Of a stretch of DNA of 64,000 nt, positions 21,931-32,273 are shown in pieces (position 1 is the first letter of the stretch; every line of letters begins with the position of its first letter). The notes under the pieces were generated by a model. The model saw only the letters and a list, made by a program, of their open reading frames with translations, did no database searches and was not told the DNA's origin. A program made the position numbers and the translations under genes. The stretch spans positions 4,706 to 68,705 of the forward strand of contig CAYYMF010000003.1 of assembly GCA_964472755.1 (NCBI GenBank), given 5' to 3'. Source of the DNA: an uncultured Chitinophagales bacterium (GTDB taxonomy: Bacteria > Bacteroidota > Bacteroidia > Chitinophagales > JADIYW01).

Positions 21931-23061
21931 GCAACCTTTTAGTTTTATCTGATTGTAAAAATCTTCGTACATAGGAACAATATTTTCAATTTTGAATTGC
22001 AGTGCGTTTTGATAAGCATTCTTTCTAAATTGCTCTAATATTTCCTCATTTTGCAATAAAAACAAACACTTTTCAACCATACCATCAACATCTCCAACAG
22101 GCAAGACAAATCCAGTCTTGCCTGTTATATTTACTTCAGGAATACCACCAGCATCTGAAGAAATAACAGGTACTTCACAAGCCATTGCTTCAAGTGCTGC
22201 TAATCCAAAACTCTCACTCTCGGAGGGCATTAAAAACAAATCTGAAATTGCCAAAATTTCCTCCACGGCATCTTGTCTTCCTAAAAAGCGGACATCTTCA
22301 ATTGCACAAATATTTCTCGCTAATATTTCTATATGCTGTCTTTCTGGACCATCGCCGATTAATAATAATTTAGAGGGTATGATTTGTTGAATTTTGCTAA
22401 ATACTTTCACAACATCATCTATACGTTTTACTTTTCTAAAATTAGAAGTATGTACCAAAATTTTCTCTCCATTTGGTGCTATTGCCTTTCTAAAGTGTTC
22501 TTTATTTGTTTTTTTAAATCTAGAAAAATCAATAAAATTAGGTATCACTTTAATATCTTTTTCAATATTAAAATGTGCTAAAGTATCACGACGCAAATCT
22601 TCAGAAACTGCTGTAACACCACACGAATGGTTAATTGAATAAGTAACTACTGGCTCATAAGTTGGGTCTTTTCCTACTAAAGTTATATCAGTTCCGTGCA
22701 AAGTAGTTATCACCGGAATTTTCTTTCCTTTGGTTTCCAAAATTTGCTTTGCCATATAAGCTGCTGATGCATGTGGAATCGCATAATGTACGTGAAAAAT
22801 ATCTAAATCATCGTGTAACGCAACATCTACTAATTTACTTGCCAATGCTGTTTCATAAGGTGCAAATTCAAACAAAGGATAATCTGCCAAACTCACTTCA
22901 TGATAATAAATGTTTGCACAAAAAGTATCTAAAAGCCTTGCAGGCTCTCGATAAGTAATAAAATGCACTTTATGACCACGTTTTGCCAAAGCTTTACCTA
23001 ATTCTGTTGCTACAACACCACTTCCTCCGTAGGTTGGATAGCAAACAATTCCAATATTCAT
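21922..23061 (-). CDS. bshA: N-acetyl-alpha-D-glucosaminyl L-malate synthase (bacillithiol biosynthesis GT4)
   Basis: 379-aa ORF. The N-terminus MNIGIVCYPTYGGSGVVATELGKALAKRGH is characteristic of BshA. GT4 EX7E region ESFGLAALEAMA. Confidence 0.88.
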   Translation of the reverse strand: MNIGIVCYPTYGGSGVVATELGKALAKRGHKVHFITYREPARLLDTFCANIYYHEVSLADYPLFEFAPYETALASKLVDVALHDDLDIFHVHYAIPHASAAYMAKQILETKGKKIPVITTLHGTDITLVGKDPTYEPVVTYSINHSCGVTAVSEDLRRDTLAHFNIEKDIKVIPNFIDFSRFKKTNKEHFRKAIAPNGEKILVHTSNFRKVKRIDDVVKVFSKIQQIIPSKLLLIGDGPERQHIEILARNICAIEDVRFLGRQDAVEEILAISDLFLMPSESESFGLAALEAMACEVPVISSDAGGIPEVNITGKTGFVLPVGDVDGMVEKCLFLLQNEEILEQFRKNAYQNALQFKIENIVPMYEDFYNQIKLKGCLQ

Positions 23062-23206
23062 ACTTGCAAGTTACATTATTTCAAATAATAATAATAATAA
23101 CCTCATTAATATAGAGAAAATATAGTAAGAATAAACTAATGATATTTATCATATCTTCTTATATTAACTTTAAATGAACTCACTTTTTTATGTATAAAAA
23201 AATGAT

Positions 23207-23214
23207 TATTTTTG
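23207..23214 (+). promoter_or_regulatory. Bacteroidota -7 box TATTTTTG upstream of pckA
   Basis: Exact TAnnTTTG lies 21 nt upstream of ATG 23236. Confidence 0.45.
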
Positions 23215-23235
23215 CACAAATCAATTATTTTAAAA

Positions 23236-24837
23236 ATGGATGCTACTATCAGTGACAAACAAACAAACAATTTAGAGTACCTTGGTGTAACCAATCCAAA
23301 TCAAACTTGGAATGCAACGAGAGAAGATTTAATCAACAAAACGTTAGAGTTTAATTTAGGAACTTTAAATGACACAGGTGCATTATGTATAAATACTGGT
23401 GAATTTACTGGAAGATCACCTAAAGATAAGTTTACTGTAAAAGATGAACTCACTGCAGATTCAGTAGATTGGAATAATATCAACCAGCCTTTTGCTCCAG
23501 AAGATTTTGATAAATTACAACAAAGAGTCATAGAATACATCAACACATTAGATAAGATTTATATCAGAGATGTAAGTGCTTGTGCTGATCCAAAATACAA
23601 AACCAACGTTCGAGTAATTACAGAAACGCCTTGGGCTTCTTTATTTGCAGATAATATGTTTATCCGTTCATCTCAAGAGGAATTAAAGAACTTCCAACCT
23701 GAATGGACGATTTTGTGTATTCCTAGCTTCCACGCAGATAAAAATATAGACAACACAAGACAACACAATTTCTCTATCATCAACTTTACAAAAAAAGTAA
23801 TTTTAATTGGTGGATCAAGTTATACTGGTGAAATTAAAAAAGGCATTTTTACAGTTTTAAATTATGTTTTACCTCATCAAAAAAATGTATTAAGCATGCA
23901 CTGCTCTGCAAACATTGGTGCTGAAGGTGATACTGCTTTATTCTTTGGATTATCAGGAACAGGAAAAACAACACTTTCTGCTGACCCAAACAGAAAATTA
24001 ATTGGAGACGACGAGCATGGCTGGAGTGATACAGGTGTTTTTAACTTTGAAGGTGGTTGCTATGCAAAATGTATTGACTTAACAGAAGAAAAAGAACCAG
24101 ATATATTTAGAGCAATCAAACCTGGTGCAATTTTAGAAAATATTTGTTTCCACCCAGAAACTAATCGTGTAAATTACGAAGACACTACAATAACTGAAAA
24201 TACTAGAGTTTCTTATCCTATTCATCATATTAATAATATTGCGGAACCATCTGTTGGTGGTATTCCAAAAAATATTTTCTTTTTAAGTTATGATGCATTT
24301 GGTGTATTACCTCCAATTTCAAAATTAACACCAGAACAAGCTATGTATTTATTCATTTCAGGTTATACTTCAAAAGTTGCAGGAACTGAAGCTGGTGTTA
24401 CTGAGCCACAAACAACTTTCTCAGCTTGTTTTGGTGCAGCATTCTTGCCATTACACCCAACTGAATACGCAGATATGTTAGGTAAAAGATTAAAAGAAAG
24501 TGGAGCAAATGTTTGGTTAATCAACACAGGTATGACTGGTGGTGTTTATGGCGTTGGACAAAGAATGAGCTTGAAATATACTAGAGCTATAATTGCAGAA
24601 GCATTGAATGGTCATCTAGAAAATGTTGAATTTGAAACTTTGCCTATTTTCAATTTAAGGATTCCTTCATCATGTGCTGGTGTTCCAAGCGAAATCTTAA
24701 ACCCTAGAAATACGTGGACAGATAAAGCAGCTTATGATGCCAAAGCAAAAGAATTAGCAATAAAATTCAACGAGAATTTCAAAAAATATGCTAACTTAGC
24801 AAGTGAGGCAATTTTAGAAGCTGCTCCGAAAGTATAA
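23236..24837 (+). CDS. pckA: Phosphoenolpyruvate carboxykinase (ATP)
   Basis: The track ORF begins at TTG 23212. I prefer ATG 23236 (MDATISDKQ). Kinase-1a loop GLSGTGKTT, plus DDEHGW. Confidence 0.95.
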   Translation: MDATISDKQTNNLEYLGVTNPNQTWNATREDLINKTLEFNLGTLNDTGALCINTGEFTGRSPKDKFTVKDELTADSVDWNNINQPFAPEDFDKLQQRVIEYINTLDKIYIRDVSACADPKYKTNVRVITETPWASLFADNMFIRSSQEELKNFQPEWTILCIPSFHADKNIDNTRQHNFSIINFTKKVILIGGSSYTGEIKKGIFTVLNYVLPHQKNVLSMHCSANIGAEGDTALFFGLSGTGKTTLSADPNRKLIGDDEHGWSDTGVFNFEGGCYAKCIDLTEEKEPDIFRAIKPGAILENICFHPETNRVNYEDTTITENTRVSYPIHHINNIAEPSVGGIPKNIFFLSYDAFGVLPPISKLTPEQAMYLFISGYTSKVAGTEAGVTEPQTTFSACFGAAFLPLHPTEYADMLGKRLKESGANVWLINTGMTGGVYGVGQRMSLKYTRAIIAEALNGHLENVEFETLPIFNLRIPSSCAGVPSEILNPRNTWTDKAAYDAKAKELAIKFNENFKKYANLASEAILEAAPKV

Positions 24838-24860
24838 TTCAAACTATAAAACATAATATT

Positions 24861-25292
24861 ATGTTAGCAGAAGGGATTAAAGCTCCAGAAATAAAAGGAG
24901 TTGATTTTAAAGGAAAAAACACCATCTTGTACTTTTATCCAAAAGATGATACGCCTGGTTGTACTGCAAATGCTTGCAACTTTAGAGATAATTATCAATC
25001 TTTAACAAATAAAGGATTTACAATTATTGGTGTTAGCCCAGATAATGAAATCTCTCACTCTAAATTTAAAGAGAAATACGAATTACCATTTGAATTAATT
25101 CCAGATACAGACAAATTAATAGCAAAAGCTTATGAAGTTTGGGGAACAAAAAAAATGTACGGAAAAGAATATGAAGGTATATTACGTACTACATTTGTAA
25201 TCAATAATGATGGCGTTATAACTAATATCATTTCAAAAGTAGATACAAAAAATGCTACCGAACAATTATTGGATACATTGGGTATTCAATAA
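24861..25292 (+). CDS. bcp: Thioredoxin-dependent thiol peroxidase (Bcp/PrxQ)
   Basis: 143-aa ORF with peroxidatic Cys context YFYPKDDTPGCT. Confidence 0.9.
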   Translation: MLAEGIKAPEIKGVDFKGKNTILYFYPKDDTPGCTANACNFRDNYQSLTNKGFTIIGVSPDNEISHSKFKEKYELPFELIPDTDKLIAKAYEVWGTKKMYGKEYEGILRTTFVINNDGVITNIISKVDTKNATEQLLDTLGIQ

Positions 25293-25327
25293 TTGTTTTT
25301 AATATTTTGGATTTTAAATCTAGTAAA

Positions 25328-25924
25328 ATGGACATAAGCAATTTAATTGAACGTTCGGGAGCAATAAGGAAATTTTATAGTTTACCTGATTTATCCATAA
25401 AAGATTGGGCATTCTTAATGTCTATATCTAGTTTTCGTTCCATAAAAAAAGGAGATGTTTTTATTAAGGCTGGTACTGTTTCTGAAGAATTAGGTTTTAT
25501 CATCAAAGGAAGTTTTAGATTCTTTTATGAAAAAGAAGATGTAGAAAAAACAGCCTATTTTGTTTTTGAAAATCAGATAATGGCATCTTTTGAAGGAATA
25601 CTTGAGAAAGCTCCAAGCAAAACAACCATACAAGCACTTGAAGACGGAGAAATATTTGTTATTGATTATAATAAAATGCGTAAGATGTACCATACATCTT
25701 CAAAATTTGAAAATATAGGAAGATTAATTGGTGAATATTATATTTTAATGCTTCACAACCAACTATCCTCTTTCTTATTAGACACACCAGAAGAACGCTA
25801 TTTAAAATTAGTAGAAAATAATGCTGATTTATTAAACAAAGTTCCCTTACAATATATTGCTTCTTATATTGGTGTAACACCTGTTTCTTTGAGCAGAATC
25901 CGAAAGAGAATTATTTCTAAGTAA
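25328..25924 (+). CDS. Crp/Fnr-family transcriptional regulator
   Basis: cNMP-binding-like N-terminus and C-terminal HTH ...EERYLKLVENNADLLNKVPLQYIASYIGVTPVSLSRIRKRI. I prefer ATG 25328 over TTG 25307. Confidence 0.85.
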   Translation: MDISNLIERSGAIRKFYSLPDLSIKDWAFLMSISSFRSIKKGDVFIKAGTVSEELGFIIKGSFRFFYEKEDVEKTAYFVFENQIMASFEGILEKAPSKTTIQALEDGEIFVIDYNKMRKMYHTSSKFENIGRLIGEYYILMLHNQLSSFLLDTPEERYLKLVENNADLLNKVPLQYIASYIGVTPVSLSRIRKRIISK

Positions 25925-26013
25925 TAAATTATCTTATTTATTCACTTATGATTACTGTCATTCTATACATAGTTAAAGAGTTGTTAAACATAAACAATTT
26001 GTCTATAAGGCTT

Positions 26014-26021
26014 TATCTTTG
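26014..26021 (+). promoter_or_regulatory. Bacteroidota -7 box TATCTTTG upstream of the GH16 pseudogene
   Basis: Exact TAnnTTTG lies 15 nt upstream of the in-frame ATA at 26037, where the signal-peptide reading frame begins. Confidence 0.4.
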
Positions 26022-26036
26022 TAAAAATTTAAACAT

Positions 26037-26849
26037 ATAACCTATAACACATTTTTTTATAAAGTATCTTATTTTAATTTTTTAATTACTAGTATTTTAC
26101 TATTTCACGCCTGTGTTAAACCAGGTGGGCAGAGACAAACACCAAAGCCTAACTTAACATTAGCTTGGGAAGAAAACTTTAATTCATTAGATGATACAAG
26201 ATGGTCTAAAATTCCAAGAGGAACTGCCGATTGGCAAAAACACATGAGTGATTTAGATGAATTATATGCAATTAGAGACGGAAAACTTGTATTAAGAGGC
26301 GTAAAAAATACAATGCTCCCTTCAGACCCAGCTGAATACCTTACAGGTGGTATTTATACAAAAGACAAAGTGGCTTTTGGACTAGGAAGGATTGAAATTC
26401 GTGCAAAATTAAATGCTGCTAAAGGTGCGTGGCCAGCCTTTTAGTTATTAGCTCAAGGTAGAAAATATCCTCAAGGTGGAGAAATTGATATTATGGAGCG
26501 TTTAAATAGTGATAATTTTGTGTATCAGACAGTTCACTCTACTTACACTATTGATTTAGGCATAAAAGATAATCCTAAGAATTACGGAACAGCAAGTATT
26601 AACCCAAATGATTTTAATACTTATGCCGTTGAGAAATATGCAGATAAAGTTGTATTTTATGTAAATGGAAAACAAACATTTTCTTATGCAAAAATCCAAA
26701 CTAATAAACCTGATCAATTTCCGTATGCCGAAGGCGACCACTATTTATTATTAGATATGCAATTAGGCGAAAGTTGGGTTGGTGCAGTAGATCCAAATCA
26801 GTTACCAACTGAAATGGAAATAGATTGGGTAAAATACTATACTTTCTAA
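26037..26849 (+). pseudogene. Glycoside hydrolase family 16 (laminarinase/beta-glucanase-like) lipoprotein, inactivated
   Basis: Track ORFs 26244..26444 and 26493..26849 are in the same frame and are separated by TAG 26442..26444. The join reads ...GAWPAF*LLAQGRKYPQGGEIDIMER..., so the stop replaces the Trp of the GH16 WPAFW motif just before the catalytic ExDxxE. The upstream in-frame lipoprotein signal (...FLITSILLFHAC) has no ATG/GTG/TTG start. Confidence 0.85.
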
Positions 26850-26874
26850 TTCAATTATATTTTTATATTTTGTC

Positions 26875-26905
26875 AAATGGCAACTTCAAAAAGAAGTTGC
26901 CATTT
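26875..26905 (+). terminator. Hairpin downstream of the GH16 pseudogene
   Basis: AAATGGCAACTTC-AAAAA-GAAGTTGCCATTT: a perfect 13-bp stem. The T tract lies within the stem end. Confidence 0.6.
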
Positions 26906-26970
26906 ACATTTTAAACCGATAAATAATCATTTTTTAAAACTATTGAATAAATTTTAAACAAATAAATTCT

Positions 26971-27531
26971 TTGAAATTTGTAACTTTACGAAAAGCAGAG
27001 TTTATCTTGGCAAAAACACTCGTAATATTCGCTCATCCATTTTTTGAATTCCCAGATTCTAATCAAGAATTAATTTCAATGTACGAAGATAAAGAGCAGT
27101 TCGACTTTATGGACTTATATGAATTTTATCCAAATTTTCATATTCCTGCTTTTAAAGAACGGAAACGTCTAACAAAATACGATACTTTTATATTTCATTT
27201 TCCATTAATTTGGTTTGATATTCCACCACTATTAAGACTGTGGTTAGACGAAGTAATGGATGCTCGTTGGACAAAAAAAGAAATAGATAATCCACTAGAA
27301 GGCAAACGGGTATTTATTTTTGTAACAACAATCAGTAAACGAAGATCGTTTGGGCAATACGGGAAATATAAAATAGAATTTGAGAGTTTATTGACAAGTT
27401 TTTCTTTACTTTTAAAAGTACTCGAAGCAAAAGTATATCCAATCTATACTGTGTTTGATTCTGAGCATCAAACAAAAGAAAATATAGAAATTCATAAACA
27501 AAATTTTTTCGGCATTATAAACCAAACTTAA
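26971..27531 (+). CDS. NAD(P)H dehydrogenase (quinone)/KefF-KefG-like flavodoxin-fold ancillary protein
   Basis: 186-aa ORF with TTG start (an alternative TTG is at 27007). LVIFAHP..., HFPLIWFDIPPLLRLWLDEV resemble KefF/KefG. It lies directly upstream of the Kef-type antiporter. Confidence 0.75.
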   Translation: MKFVTLRKAEFILAKTLVIFAHPFFEFPDSNQELISMYEDKEQFDFMDLYEFYPNFHIPAFKERKRLTKYDTFIFHFPLIWFDIPPLLRLWLDEVMDARWTKKEIDNPLEGKRVFIFVTTISKRRSFGQYGKYKIEFESLLTSFSLLLKVLEAKVYPIYTVFDSEHQTKENIEIHKQNFFGIINQT

Positions 27532-27550
27532 ATTTAAACCAAAAATATAG

Positions 27551-29482
27551 ATGACACACGAGAATAGCTTTTCATTAACTGCTTTAACATTTTTAGGTGC
27601 CGCTATTATTATTGTGCCATTAGTCAAAAAATTTGGTTTAAGTTCTATAATTGGCTATATTTTAGGTGGGATTATCATTGGCCCATTTTGTCTAAAACTA
27701 ACAGGAACACAAACTGTAGGTGTTATGGAAGCCACAGAGTTTGGTGTCATCATGTTGCTATTTTTAGTGGGCTTAGAAATGGAACCCAAAAAGTTTTGGA
27801 CAATGCGTAAACAAATTTTTGGTTTGGGCGTTGCTCAAATGGGGTTAACTGTTTTGATTCTAACTTCTATTCTAATATTATTTGATTGGGAACGTAATAT
27901 GGCCATTGCTGCATCACTGTGTTTTGCTATGTCATCTACAGCTATTGTATTACAAACTTTAACCGAAAGACAAATAATGAATACGACGGCTGGTGAAGCC
28001 TCATTTTCAACGTTATTATTTCAAGATATTGCTGTAATTCCAATTTTAGCATTCTTACCAATTATCGCTCACAAAGAGTTAGTAAATGATACTGAATCTG
28101 AATTTATAATCCAAATGTTACCTGAATGGATGCAAAGTTTCTCTGTAATTATTGGAGGCGGTATTTTATTTGCTTTGGGGCATTTTGTTTTTATTCCATT
28201 TTTGCGATATGTTTCTACTTCTGGTATGTCTGAATTACTAACTGCATCTTCTTTATTTTTAGTTATTGGTGTTTCAGAATTAATGGTTGCAGTAGGTTTA
28301 TCTCCAGCATTGGGTGCTTTTATTGCAGGTATGATGTTGGCGAATAGTGAATTCAGAAATGAGTTAGAATCGAATATTGAGCCAATAAAAGGAATTCTCC
28401 TTGCTGTATTTTTTGTGAGCGTTGGTGCAATGATTAATTTCAATATCATTTTTGATGACTATATCTTAATTTTTAGCTTAGTTGGATTGGTTTTAGTCGT
28501 AAAATTTGCAGTGCTATTACTGGTTGGCAAATTATTCAAAATAGATTTTGCTCAAAATATATTTTATGCTTTTACTTTATCGCAGGTTGGCGAGTTTGCA
28601 TTTGTATTATTAGGATTTTCTAAAGAAGTATCCATATTTAATAACCAATTATATGCTCAATTGATAGCGGTTACTACTATAACCATGCTAACAACGCCTA
28701 TCTTATTAATTATCTACGATAAATTTATTAGTCCAAGTATAAAACCTAAAAATACACGAGAATCTGATTTTGATATTCAAAAAATGGGTCTCCAACAAAA
28801 GAAAACTATTATCGTTGGATTTGGCTTTTTTGGAAGTACGGTTGGACGACTATTAAAAGCAAATAAAATTTCAGCAACCATCTTAGACCATGATGCTGAA
28901 AGAGTAAAAATATTAAGAGATTATGGTTTTAAAGTATATTATGGAGATGCAACTCGTTGGTCTATCCTTGAGTCATCTGGTATTCATGAAGCTGAAATTC
29001 TTGTTCTTTGTTTGGATAATCCAGAGGAAAATATGCGGATTATAGAATTAGTTAAGAAGAAAAAACTAAATCTAAAAATATTTGTACGTGCTAGAAATAG
29101 ACTTGATGCAGAACTATTTTTAAAAAATGGGATTGATAATTTTTATCGTGAAACGATGGGAACAGCTGTAAATATGGCGGTCGATGTTTTGCACGAAATG
29201 GGTATGCGTAAATACACTGCTAGACGAATGGGAAAACGCTTTGAATTAATTGATGCTGCTTCCTTAAAGAAAATGGCAGAGGAAAACAATTTAGATGCTG
29301 GTTTCACGATGAAAGAAACAATTCAAAGAGAGCAATTATTATTATCTGAAGATAGTCGAAACTTTGAATCCTATCAACTCATTGAGGAAAATCAAGAAGA
29401 TGAAAACGAAAGTTTAGATGATGAAATTACAAATTCCAACAAACCGAGCCATGAAGATAATTCACAATTAAATTTGTTCTAA
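27551..29482 (+). CDS. CPA2-family K+/H+ antiporter, KefB/KefC-like, with C-terminal TrkA-N (RCK) domain
   Basis: 643-aa ORF with a 12-13 helix N-terminal domain, a Rossmann motif VGFGFFGSTVGRLL and an acidic C-terminal tail. Confidence 0.88.
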   Translation: MTHENSFSLTALTFLGAAIIIVPLVKKFGLSSIIGYILGGIIIGPFCLKLTGTQTVGVMEATEFGVIMLLFLVGLEMEPKKFWTMRKQIFGLGVAQMGLTVLILTSILILFDWERNMAIAASLCFAMSSTAIVLQTLTERQIMNTTAGEASFSTLLFQDIAVIPILAFLPIIAHKELVNDTESEFIIQMLPEWMQSFSVIIGGGILFALGHFVFIPFLRYVSTSGMSELLTASSLFLVIGVSELMVAVGLSPALGAFIAGMMLANSEFRNELESNIEPIKGILLAVFFVSVGAMINFNIIFDDYILIFSLVGLVLVVKFAVLLLVGKLFKIDFAQNIFYAFTLSQVGEFAFVLLGFSKEVSIFNNQLYAQLIAVTTITMLTTPILLIIYDKFISPSIKPKNTRESDFDIQKMGLQQKKTIIVGFGFFGSTVGRLLKANKISATILDHDAERVKILRDYGFKVYYGDATRWSILESSGIHEAEILVLCLDNPEENMRIIELVKKKKLNLKIFVRARNRLDAELFLKNGIDNFYRETMGTAVNMAVDVLHEMGMRKYTARRMGKRFELIDAASLKKMAEENNLDAGFTMKETIQREQLLLSEDSRNFESYQLIEENQEDENESLDDEITNSNKPSHEDNSQLNLF

Positions 29483-30048
29483 ACTGATTGTGAAAGATAG
29501 ACTCTTCTTCTTTTGAATGCCTTAAATCCAAAATAAATTATAGCAATAAATGTAAGCAAAACCAAAGACCATTTTATTTGTGTCAATACACTGCCAATTT
29601 TCAATAAAGTCAAAGAATAGCTTGGAAAATGTGTTGTATTATAAATTGAACAAGTATTTTCTCCAAAATCTACCAAAACAATTAGGATAGGTAACAAATT
29701 CAAAACTCGCCACTTTGAATGAGTATATCCACCTCTACTAATCAATAATGTTAGCATTGTCAATAATAAACCTCCATAAATAAATGGATAAATGCTATCA
29801 TAAATCTTAACAAACTGCACATATTCAGTTCTACCATTTTCGCCTAATTGGTCTAAAAAACTATCCGCAAATGCTTTATCATAACCAAATGTTAAATCAA
29901 ATGGCATCAAATGTTCTCCATATTGTTGTTGCATTTGAGCTGTCTTATAAGGAATAATTCCAAAGCCAATTACTGCATACAAAATCAACATTATCCAAAG
30001 TGATTTTAGTTGAATTTTAGAATAAAAGAAATCAGAAAAGTATTTCAT
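29479..30048 (-). CDS. Hypothetical membrane protein
   Basis: 189-aa ORF with 4-5 hydrophobic helices. It is last in the nfeD-floA string. Confidence 0.6.
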   Translation of the reverse strand: MKYFSDFFYSKIQLKSLWIMLILYAVIGFGIIPYKTAQMQQQYGEHLMPFDLTFGYDKAFADSFLDQLGENGRTEYVQFVKIYDSIYPFIYGGLLLTMLTLLISRGGYTHSKWRVLNLLPILIVLVDFGENTCSIYNTTHFPSYSLTLLKIGSVLTQIKWSLVLLTFIAIIYFGFKAFKRRRVYLSQSV

Positions 30049-30068
30049 AGTATCAAAATTTTATTGAA

Positions 30069-30731
30069 TCAATATTTATCTTCAAATTTTTTATAGCCTG
30101 AAGCCAAATATACTAAAGCACTTATTATACAAACAACCATAATTTTTTGAGCTGTTGGGTGGAAATAAGGGTTTGCATTTGGAACTAATGAACGTACCGT
30201 AAACAACAAATAAATATATACGACTAATAGCATACCCAATAATCCAAAAACAAAGCTATAGCTTTTTGGGAAACCAATTTTATAAGTAAGAAATGCAGTT
30301 CCAAATGCAACAAACGTCATCGCAACAAAGGAGAAATTTGCTACTAATGCATGTCCTAATAATAATCTATCATAAGGTGTAATAGCAGTACATGCTAACA
30401 AAACTCCGTAAGCATAAGCTGATCTCCGAACCAATTTTTGAATGGAGTAATGCTTATCTATTTTAGAAACTTTTGAAATAAATGCTTTAAAAAAATAGGT
30501 TATATACCAAGACATTTGAAAAACTGCAATGACAAAGAAAAAGGTGGAAATATTTTTATTTCCACCTGAAAAAGTTTTATATCTTCCTAAATCGCTATAG
30601 AAATTTTCCCAAAAAGAATAACCGATACTAGAATGGTCAAAAAAATTTCCTCCTGGATAACATAACATCGCAATTGTTGTTAAAACAACAAACGTTATAA
30701 TAGAATAAATGAGTGCATTAGCTGCATTCAT
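30069..30731 (-). CDS. Hypothetical membrane protein
   Basis: The track ORF extends to 30785 and overlaps floA by 50 nt. The internal ATG 30731 (MNAANALIYSIITF...) removes the overlap. It has 6 hydrophobic helices. Confidence 0.6.
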   Translation of the reverse strand: MNAANALIYSIITFVVLTTIAMLCYPGGNFFDHSSIGYSFWENFYSDLGRYKTFSGGNKNISTFFFVIAVFQMSWYITYFFKAFISKVSKIDKHYSIQKLVRRSAYAYGVLLACTAITPYDRLLLGHALVANFSFVAMTFVAFGTAFLTYKIGFPKSYSFVFGLLGMLLVVYIYLLFTVRSLVPNANPYFHPTAQKIMVVCIISALVYLASGYKKFEDKY

Positions 30732-30735
30732 TTCA

Positions 30736-31725
30736 TCAAATACTTCCTTTTTTATCTTTTCCGTCTCCACCGCCAATTGAATCACGCATTTTGGTATCCG
30801 CTTTTACATTCTCAATCTTATAGTAATCCATAATACCAAGGTTACCATTTTTAAATGCTTCCGCAATTGCCATTGGAATTTCCGCTTCAGCTTCAATTAC
30901 TTTTGCTTTTGCTTCTTGAGCTTTTGCAATCATTTCATGTTCTTGAGCAACTGCCATCGCTCTTCGTTCTTCAGCTTTTGCTTGTGCAATATTTTTATCT
31001 GCATTCGCTTGATCCATTTGTAAAATGGCACCAATGTTTTTTCCTATATCAATATCTGCAATATCAATAGATAAAATCTCAAATGCAGTTCCACTATCCA
31101 AACCTTTATTCAAAACTACTTTTGAAATAGAATCTGGATTTTCCAACACTTGTTTATGATCAGCAGAGCTACCAATACTCGATACAATTCCTTCTCCAAT
31201 ACGAGCCAAAACAGTCTCCTCTCCTGCTCCACCAACTAATTGTCTAATATTAGCACGAACCGTAACCCTTGCCTTAGCAATTAATTGGATACCATCTTTA
31301 GCAACTGCAGTTACTGGTGGTGATTCAATCACTTTAGGATTTACAGACAATTGCACCGCTTCAAACACATCACGACCAGCTAAATCAATGGCAGTTGCTT
31401 CTTTAAAGGTCAATGAGATATTTGCCTTATCGGCAGAAATCAATGCACTGACCACTTTCATTACATTTCCACCTGCTAAAAAGTGTGCTTCTAAACCATC
31501 TCTATCCACTGGAATACCAGCTTTTGTAGCAGTAATCATTGAATTTACTATAGTTGCTGGTGGTACTTTTCGTAATTGCATTACAAATAGTTGAATTAAT
31601 CCAATATTTACGTTAGATAGTCGTGCGGATACCCATAAACTAATATATCGCATAAACGTAAATACGAATATTAAGATAAATAGTAAAAGGACAATGGTAA
31701 TAACTGTTAAAAATGTTCCAGACAT
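30736..31725 (-). CDS. floA: Flotillin-like protein FloA (YqfA/UPF0365 family)
   Basis: 329-aa ORF with an N-terminal membrane hairpin, an SPFH-like core and an Ala/Glu-rich coiled coil ([36 protein letters not shown]). Confidence 0.88.
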   Translation of the reverse strand: MSGTFLTVITIVLLLFILIFVFTFMRYISLWVSARLSNVNIGLIQLFVMQLRKVPPATIVNSMITATKAGIPVDRDGLEAHFLAGGNVMKVVSALISADKANISLTFKEATAIDLAGRDVFEAVQLSVNPKVIESPPVTAVAKDGIQLIAKARVTVRANIRQLVGGAGEETVLARIGEGIVSSIGSSADHKQVLENPDSISKVVLNKGLDSGTAFEILSIDIADIDIGKNIGAILQMDQANADKNIAQAKAEERRAMAVAQEHEMIAKAQEAKAKVIEAEAEIPMAIAEAFKNGNLGIMDYYKIENVKADTKMRDSIGGGDGKDKKGSI

Positions 31726-31736
31726 AATACTTACTT

Positions 31737-32201
31737 TTAAATTGGTTTTACAAAAATTTTATTTTCCTCTATTTTATGAATTTGAATTTTAGATTCTGTT
31801 GTAATAAATCCTGTTAATGCCCAAACCGTTACTTTCTGATCATTAAATATTGCTTTACCTTCTGGTCTAATATCTGTAACTGCCACACCTTCATCATCTA
31901 TCTTTAAACCAAAATCTTGAAAATTATTAACTTTCCCATCTATTACTTCCAATACTGAAATTTTGCTTTTTGCAATTCTTTCCATTCCAAAATACAACAA
32001 TAATCCGTTAATAATAATTGCTGCTAAAACACACAAACTTCCGTACAATGCTCCCAACTCGTAAAACGCCAAAGCCAACCCACCTAAAGTTACTACAAAT
32101 GCTACTTTTCCAATAATTAAAGTGGGCATTACAAAAATCTCTACTACAAAAAGTAATGTACCAAATAGTAAAATTCCTATAACAATTGCAAGAGGCGACA
32201 T
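31737..32201 (-). CDS. NfeD-family membrane protein
   Basis: 154-aa ORF with three N-terminal helices and a C-terminal OB-like soluble domain. It lies immediately upstream of floA, as in the Bacillus yqeZ-yqfA arrangement. Confidence 0.8.
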   Translation of the reverse strand: MSPLAIVIGILLFGTLLFVVEIFVMPTLIIGKVAFVVTLGGLALAFYELGALYGSLCVLAAIIINGLLLYFGMERIAKSKISVLEVIDGKVNNFQDFGLKIDDEGVAVTDIRPEGKAIFNDQKVTVWALTGFITTESKIQIHKIEENKIFVKPI

Positions 32202-32273
32202 ATCTAATTATACCTTTCAAATATAATCAATTTATTCTATTTTCTGTATTATTGCAATAAAATATTTAGAAAA

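Noticed and set aside
23084-23100. (AAT)5 microsatellite in the divergent bshA/pckA promoter region as a phase-variation switch
   Set aside because: The tract is short and sits in very AT-rich DNA, which is easily explained by composition. It does not lie between recognisable -33 and -7 elements.
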